Assembly (NCBI RefSeq): GCF_009914755.1
Contig: NC_060946.1
DNA: 64,000 nucleotides
DNA from: the human T2T-CHM13v2.0 reference genome, Homo sapiens
Strand: one strand, 5' to 3'
How positions within the stretch are numbered: the first letter of the stretch is position 1; each line of letters opens with the position of its first letter. The notes under the pieces are model-generated. The model was given only the letters and a program-made list of their open reading frames with translations, was not told the origin of the DNA and did not search any database. Below are positions 57,101 through 64,000 of this stretch, piece after piece. A program made the translations under genes and the position numbers.

Positions 57101-58935
57101 GGGAAGGCATGAAATGGAACGGAATGCAATGGAATGCAATGGAATGGAATGGAATCTCCCTAAGTGCAATGGAATGGAATGGAATGCAATGGAATCCACC
57201 CGAGTGAAATGGAATGGAATGGAATGGAATGGAATGGAATGGAATGGAATGGAGTTGAATGGAACGGAATGGAGTGGAATGGAATAAACACCAAGGGAAT
57301 GAAATGGATTGGAATGAAATGGAATGGAATGGAATGGAATGGAATGAAATCAACCCGAGTGGAACGGAATTGAATGGAATGGAATGGAAAGGAATGAATG
57401 GAATGGAATGGTGTGGAATCAACACGAGAGGAATGGAATGGAATGGAATCTTACGGAAAGGAATTGAAAGGAATGGAATGGAATGAACACGAATGGAATG
57501 GAATCTATTGGAATGCAATGGAATGGAATCAACCCGGGCGGAAAGGAATGGAATGGAATGGAGTGGAATGGAATGGAATGGAATGGAATGGCATGGAATG
57601 GAAACAACACGAATGGAATGGAACAGAATGGAATGGGATGGGATGGAACAGAATGGAATGAAAGTTAATCAACACGAATGGAATGGAACGGAATGGAATG
57701 GAATGGAATGGAATGGAATGGAATGGAATGAACCCGAATAGAATGGAATGGATTGGAATGGAATGGAATGGAATCAACCCGAGCGGAAAGGAATGGAATG
57801 GAATGGAGTGGAATGGCATGTAATGGAAAGGAATGGAATGGAATGGAATGGAATGGAATGGAATGGAATGGAATGGAATGGAATCAACACGAATGGAATG
57901 AAACGGAATGGAATTGGATGGGATGGAATGGAACGGAATGTAAGTTAATCAACACGAATGGAATGGAACGGAATGGAATGGAATGGAATGGAATGGAATG
58001 AACCCGAATGGAATGAAATGGATTGGTATGGAATGGAATGGAATCAACCCGAGCGGAAAGTAATGGAATGGAATGGAGTGGAATGGAATGGAATGGAATG
58101 GAATGGAATGGAATGGAATGGAATGGAAACAACACGAATGGAATGGAATGGAATGGAATGGAATGGGATGGGATGGAATGGAATGGAATGGAATGGAAGT
58201 TAATCAACACGAATGGAATGGAACGGAATGGAATGGAATGGAATGGAATGGAATGGAATGAACCCGAATAGAATGGAATGGATTGGAATGGAATGGAATG
58301 GAATCAACCCGAGCGGAAAGGAATGGAATGGAATGGAATGGAATGGATTCAACACGAATGGAATGAAACGGAATGGAATGGGATGGGATGGAATGGAATG
58401 GAATGGAAGTTAATCAACACGAATGAAATGGAACGGAATGGAATGGAATGGAATGGAATGGAATCAACACGAATGGAATGGAATGGAATGGAATGGAATG
58501 GAAGTTAATCAACACAAATGGAATGTATCTGAATGGAATGGAATGGAATGAACCCGAATGGAATGGAATGAACCCGAATGGAATGGAATGGATTGGAATG
58601 GAATGGAATGGAATCAACCTGAGCGGAAAGGAATGGAATGGAATGGAGTGGAATGGAATGTAATAGAATGGAATGGAATGGAATGGAATCAACAGTAATG
58701 GAATGGAACGGAAAGGAATGGGATGGGATGGAATGGAGTGGAATGGAAGTTAATCAACATGAATGGAATGGAACGGAATGGAATGGAATGGAATGGAATG
58801 GAATGAACAAGAATGGAATGGAATGGATTGGAATGGAATGGAATGGAAGCAACCCGAGCGGAAAGGAATGGAATGGAATGGAATAGAAAGGCATGGAATG
58901 GAATGAACCCGAATGGAATGGAATGGAATGGAATG
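50660..58935 (+). repeat. ~8.27 kb unit, copy 1 of a near-identical tandem duplication
   Basis: 50697 aligns to 58978 and 55705 aligns to 63961. The offset steps 8281, 8276, 8261, 8256. Dozens of ORF translations are identical (e.g. 50963/59244, 52901/61177, 54645/62901). Confidence 0.93.
57420..58935 (+). repeat. Diverged six-copy array of a ~235-310 bp unit
   Basis: The CAACC(C/T)G(A/G)GCGGAAAG anchor occurs at ~57530, 57775, 58045, 58305, 58615 and 58850. AATAAATCCGGG and ATCCAATGG modules are absent from this stretch. Confidence 0.75.
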
Positions 58936-61900
58936 GAAAGGAATGGAATGGAATGGAATGGAATGGAATGGAATGGAATCAACACGAATGGAATGGAACG
59001 GAATGGAATGGGATGGGATGGAATGGAATGGAATGGAAGTTAATCAACACGAATGGAATCGAACGGAATGGATTGGAATGGAATGGAATGGAATGGAATG
59101 GAATGGAATGGAATGGAATTTCATTGAATGGATTGAAATGGAAAGGAACGGAATGGAATCAACACGAGTGGAATGGAATGGAACGGAATGGAATCAACCA
59201 GAGTGGAATGAAATGGAAAGTAATGCAATGGGATGGAGTGGAATCAAACCGAGTGGAATGCAATGGAATGGAATGGAATGGAATGAAATGGAATGGAATT
59301 TAGTGGAATGGAATGGAATGGAATGGAATGGAATGGAATGAAATGGATTTGATCGGAATGGAATCCAATGGAATCAACTGGAATGGAATGGAATGGAATA
59401 AATCCGGGTGGAGTGGAATGGAATGTAATGGAGTGGAATGGAATGGAATTTAGTGGAATGGATTGGAATGCAATGGAATGGAATGAAATGGAATGGATCG
59501 GAATGGAATCCAATGGAAACAACTGGAATGGAATGGAATGGAATGGAATGGAATTTAGTGGAATGGAATGGAATGGAATGGAATGAAATGAAATGGATTT
59601 GATCGGAATGGAATCCAATGGAATCAACTGGAATGGAATGGAATGGAATGGAATGGAATAAATCCGGGTGGAGTGGATTGGAATGTAATGGAGTGGAATG
59701 GAATGGAATTTAGTGGAATGGAATGGAATGGAATGGAATGGAATGGAAAGGAATCAACCCGAATGGAATGGAACGGAATGGAATGGAAAGGAATGGAATG
59801 GAATGGAATGGAATGGAATGGAAAGGAATCAACCCGAATGGAATGGAACGGAATGGAATGGAAAGGAATGGAATGGAATGGAATGGAATGGAATGGAATG
59901 GAATGGAATGGAATCAACCCAAGTGCAATGGAATGGAATGGAACGGAATGGAATGGAATGGAATGGAATGGAATGGAGTGGAATGCAAACGAATGAAGTG
60001 GAATGGAATAAACACCAGGGGAATGAAATGGATTGGAATGAAATGGAATGGAATGGAATGGAATGGAATGAAATCAACCCGAGTGGAGTGGAATGGAATG
60101 GAATGGAATGGAAAGGATTGAATGGAATGGAATGGTGTGGAATCAAAAAGAGAGGAATGGAATGGAATGGAACGGAACGGAATGGAAAGGAATGGAATGG
60201 AATGAACCCGAATGGAATGGAATGGATTCGAATGGAATGGAATGGAAACAACCCGAGCTAAAAGGAATGGAATTGAATGGAGTGGAATGGAATGGAATGG
60301 AATGGAATGGAATGGAATGGAATCAACACGAATGGAATGGAACGGAATGGAATGGGATGGGATGGAATGGAATGGAATGAAATGGACTGGATCGGAATGG
60401 AATCCAATGGAATCAACTGGAATGGAATGGAATGGAATGGAATGGAATAAATCCGGGTGGAGTGGAATGGAATGTAATGGAGTGGAATGGAATGGAATGG
60501 AATGGAATGGAATGGAATGGAATGGAAAGGAATCAACCCGAATGGAATGGAACGGAATGGAATGGAAAGGAATGGAATGGAATGGAATGGAATGGAATGG
60601 AATGGAAAGGAATCAACCCGAATGGAATGGAACGGAATGGAATGGAAAGGAATGGAATGGAATGGAATGGAATGGAATGGAATGGAATGGAATCAACCCG
60701 AATGGGATGGCAAGGAATGGAATTGAATGGAATGGAATGGAATGGAATGGAATGGAATGGAATGGAATCAACCCAAGTGTAATGGAATGGAATGGAATGG
60801 AATGGAATGGAATGGAATGGAATGGAATGGAATGGAAAGGAGTGTAATGCAAAGGAATGAAGTGGAATGGAATAAACACCAGGGGAATGAAATGGATTGG
60901 AATGAAATGGAATGGAATGGAATGGAATGGAATGAAATCAACCCGAGTGGAATGGAACGGAATGGAATGGAATGGAAGGATTGAATGGAATGGAATGGTG
61001 TGGAATCAAAAAGAGAGGAATGGAATGGAATGGAATGGAACGGAATGGAAAGGAATGGAATGGAATGAACCCGAATGGAATGGAATGGATTGGAATGGAA
61101 TGGAATGGAAACAACCCGAACTTAAAGGAATGGAATTGAATGGAGTGGAATGGAATGTAATGGAGTGGAATGGAATTTAATGGAATGGAATGGAATGGAA
61201 TGGAATCAACACGAATGGAATCGAACGGAATGGAATGGGATGGGATGGAATGGAATGGAATGAAATGTATTGGATCGGAATGGAAACCAATGGAATCAAC
61301 TGGAATGGAATGGAAATGAATGGAATGGAATAAATCCGGGTGGAGTGGAAAGGAATGTAATGGAGTGGAATGGAATGGAATTTAGTGGAATGGAATGGAA
61401 TGGAATGGAATGGAATGGAATGGAATGGAATCAACCCAAGTGCAACAGAATGGAATGGAATGCAATGGAATCCACCCATGTGGAATGGAAAGGAATGGAA
61501 TGGAATGGAATGGAATGGAATGGAATGGAGTGGATAGGAACGGAATGAAGTGGAATGGAATAAACACCAGGGGAATGAAATGGATTGGAATGAAATGGAA
61601 TGGAATGAAATCAAGCAGAGTGGAATTGAACGGAATGGAATGGAATGGAAAGGAATGAATGGAATGGAATGGTGTGGAATCAACACGAGAGGAATGGAAT
61701 GGAATTTAATGGAACGGAATGGAATGGAAAGGAATGGAATGGAATGAACCCGAATGGAATTGAATGGATTGGAATGGAATCAACCCAAGCGGAAAGGAAT
61801 GGAAGGGAATGGAGGGGAATGGAATGGAATGGAATGGAATGGAATGGAATGAAATGGAATGGATCGGAATGGAATCCAATGGAATTAACTGGAATGGAAT

Positions 61901-64000
61901 GGAATGGAATGGAATGGAATGGAATGGAATGGAATGGAATGAAATGGATTGGATCGGAATGGAATCCAACGGAATCAACTGGAATGGAATGGAATGGAAT
62001 GGAATGGAATGGAATGGAATGGAATGGAATAAATCCGGGTGGAGTGGAATGGAATTTAATGGAGTGGAATGGAATGTAATTCAGTGGAATGGAATGGAAT
62101 GGAATGGAATGGAATGGAATCAAACCGAATGGAATGGAACAGAATGGAATGGAAAGGAATGGAATGGAATGGAATGGAATGGAATGGAATGCAATGGAAT
62201 GGAACATAATGGAATGGAAAGGAATGGAATGGAATGGAATGGAATGGAATGGAATGCAATGGAATGGAATGGAATGGAATCAACCCGAATGGGATGGCAT
62301 GGAATGGAATGGAATGGAATGGAATGGAATGGAATCAACCCAAGTGCATTGGAATGGAATGGAATGCAATGGAATCCACCCAGGAGGAATGGAAAGGAAT
62401 GGAATGGAATGGAATGGAATGGAATGGAATCAACACGAATGGAATGGAACGGAATGGAATGGGATGGGATGGAATGGAATGGAATGGAAGTTAATCAACA
62501 CGAATGGAATCGAACGGAATGGATTGCAATGGAATGGAATGGAATGGAATGGAATGGAATGGAATGGAATTTCATTGAATGGATTGAAATGGAAAGGAAC
62601 GGAATGGAATCAACACGAGTGGAATGGAATGGAACGGAATGGAATCAACCAGGGTGGAATGAAATGGAAAGTAATGCAATGGGATGGAGTGGAATCAAAC
62701 CGAGTGGAATGCAATGGAATGGAATGGAATGGAATGAAATGGAATGGAATTTAGTGGAATGGAATGGAATGGAATGGAATGGAATGGAATGAAATGGATT
62801 TGATCGGAATGGAATCCAATGGAATCAACTGGAATGGAATGGAATGGAATAAATCCGGGTGGAGTGGAATGGAATGTAATGGAGTGGAATGGAATGGAAT
62901 TTAGTGGAATGGATTGGAATGCAATGGAATGGAATGAAATGGAATGGATCGGAATGGAATCCAATGGAAACGAATGGAATGGAATGGAATGGAATGGAAT
63001 TTAGTGGAATGGAATGGAATGGAATGGAATGAAATGAAATGGATTTGATCGGAATGGAATCCAATGGAATCAACTGGAATGGAATGGAATGGAATGGAAT
63101 GGAATGGAATAAATCCGGGTGGAGTGGAATGGAATGTAATGGAGTGGAATGGAATGGAATTTAGTGTAATGGAATGGAATGGAATGGAATGGAATGGAAA
63201 GGAATCAACCCGAATGGAATGGAACGGAATGGAATGGAAAGGAATGGAATGGAATGGAATGGAATGGAATGGAAAGGAATCAACCCGAATGGAATGGAAC
63301 GGAATGGAATGGAAAGGAATGGAATGGAATGGAATGGAATGGAATGGAATGGAATCAACCCGAATGGGATGGCAAGGAATGGAATTGAATGGAATGGAAT
63401 GGAATGGAATGGAATGGAATGGAATCAACCCAAGTGTAATGGAATGGAATGGAATGGAATGGAATGGAATGGAATGGAATGGAATGGAATGGAGTGTAAT
63501 GCAAAGGAATGAAGTGGAATGGAATAAACACCAGGGGAATGAAATGGATTGGAATGAAATGGAATGGAATGGAATGGAATGAAATCAACCCGAGTGGAAT
63601 GGAACGGAATGGAATGGAATGGAAGGATTGAATGGAATGGAATGGTGTGGAATCAAAAAGAGAGGAATGGAATGGAATGGAACGGAACGGAATGGAAAGG
63701 AATGGAATGGAATGAACCCGAATGGAATGGAATGGATTGGAATGGAATGGAATGGAAACAACCCGAGCTTAAAGGAATGGAATTGAATGGAGTGGAATGG
63801 AATGTAATGGAATGGAATGGAATGGAATGGAATCAACACGAATGGAATCGAACGGAATGGAATGGGATGGGATGGAATGAAATGGAATGAAATGTATTGG
63901 ATCGGAATGGAATCCAATGGAATCAACTGGAATGGAATGGAAATGAATGGAATGGAATAAATCCGTGTGGAGTGGAATGGAATGTAATGGAGTGGAATGG
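58936..64000 (+). repeat. ~8.27 kb unit, copy 2 (truncated by window end; paralogous to ~50660-55745)
   Basis: Shares the rare variants of copy 1, e.g. TGCAAACGAAT ~51708/~59984, GAGCTAAAAG, CCCATGTGG, CAAGCAGAG, GAACATAATGGAAT 53946/62202, CCAGGAGG, ATCCGTGTGG. Confidence 0.93.

Larger units (their letters stand above)
1..64000 (+). repeat. Satellite III (HSat3-type) array: (GGAAT)n with interspersed CAACCCGAGT/CAACCCGAAT/CAACACGAAT decamers; continues beyond both window edges
   Basis: Seen: GGAAT pentamers dominate every line. CAACCCGA(G/A)T recurs throughout (e.g. 484, 1634, 2648, 63586). There is no non-satellite insertion and no switch to ATTCC on the + strand. Established: (ATTCC)n interspersed with A(T/C)TCGGGTTG is the classical definition of human satellite 3. 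Confidence 0.97.

Noticed and set aside
61764-62792. Longest ORF (342 aa) as a pentapeptide-repeat protein
   Set aside because: Its near-identical paralogue is split across frames (53488-53823 and 53688-54536) by a 5-bp slip, so the frame is not conserved. There is no non-repeat domain.
1561-63550. CRISPR-like array (conserved AATAAACACCAGGGG or AATAAATCCGGG 'repeats' with 'spacers')
   Set aside because: The intervening sequences are long, irregular satellite rather than unique 25-45 bp spacers. There is no leader and no cas genes.
107-63926. Hundreds of ORFs encoding MEWNG-repeat (+) and FHSIP-repeat (-) peptides
   Set aside because: (GGAAT)n has no stop codon in any frame and supplies an ATG every 5 bp. 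The ORFs overlap in all six frames and are pure repeat translations.
1-64000. Satellite II (HSat2) assignment
   Set aside because: HSat2 is dominated by GAATCGAATG/ATCATC-type diverged units. GAATCGAATG is only sporadic here, and long pure GGAAT runs with CAACCCGA decamers fit HSat3.
1-64000. Transposon insertions, inversions, telomeric repeats, tRNA/rRNA genes
   Set aside because: I saw no Alu/L1/LTR-like sequence, poly(A) tail, TTAGGG run or strand switch. The longest departures from the pentamer are only about 10-15 bp.

Overview
The whole 64 kb window is one uninterrupted, single-orientation (GGAAT)n satellite array, periodically interrupted by CAACCCGA(G/A)T and CAACACGA(G/A)T decamers. 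This is the classical composition of human/great-ape Satellite III (HSat3) pericentromeric heterochromatin. Species and chromosome cannot be determined from the sequence alone. I find no genes, RNA genes, transposons, CRISPR arrays or unique sequence. All listed ORFs (MEWNG... and FHSIP...) are artefacts of translating a stop-free pentamer. I cannot support a new protein-coding system here. The real content is internal architecture. (i) Four distinguishable sub-unit types (A-B-C-D) are each anchored on AATAAACACCAGGGG. (ii) Nested duplications run from 59 bp to about 9.2 kb, including a near-identical 8.27 kb tandem copy and a 4 x 655 bp array. (iii) Shifts of the 5-bp register are almost all -1 and tied to one motif. 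(iv) There is a CpG-decay signature. (v) The + strand carries recurrent motifs: AATAAA, an ATTGGAT/ATCCAAT hairpin, TEAD-type GGAATG and near-DUX4 sites. These could matter for Sat III transcripts or transcription-factor binding, but that is inference. Boundaries were read by eye from diagnostic variants and ORF-track offsets and are approximate (about +/-50 bp).
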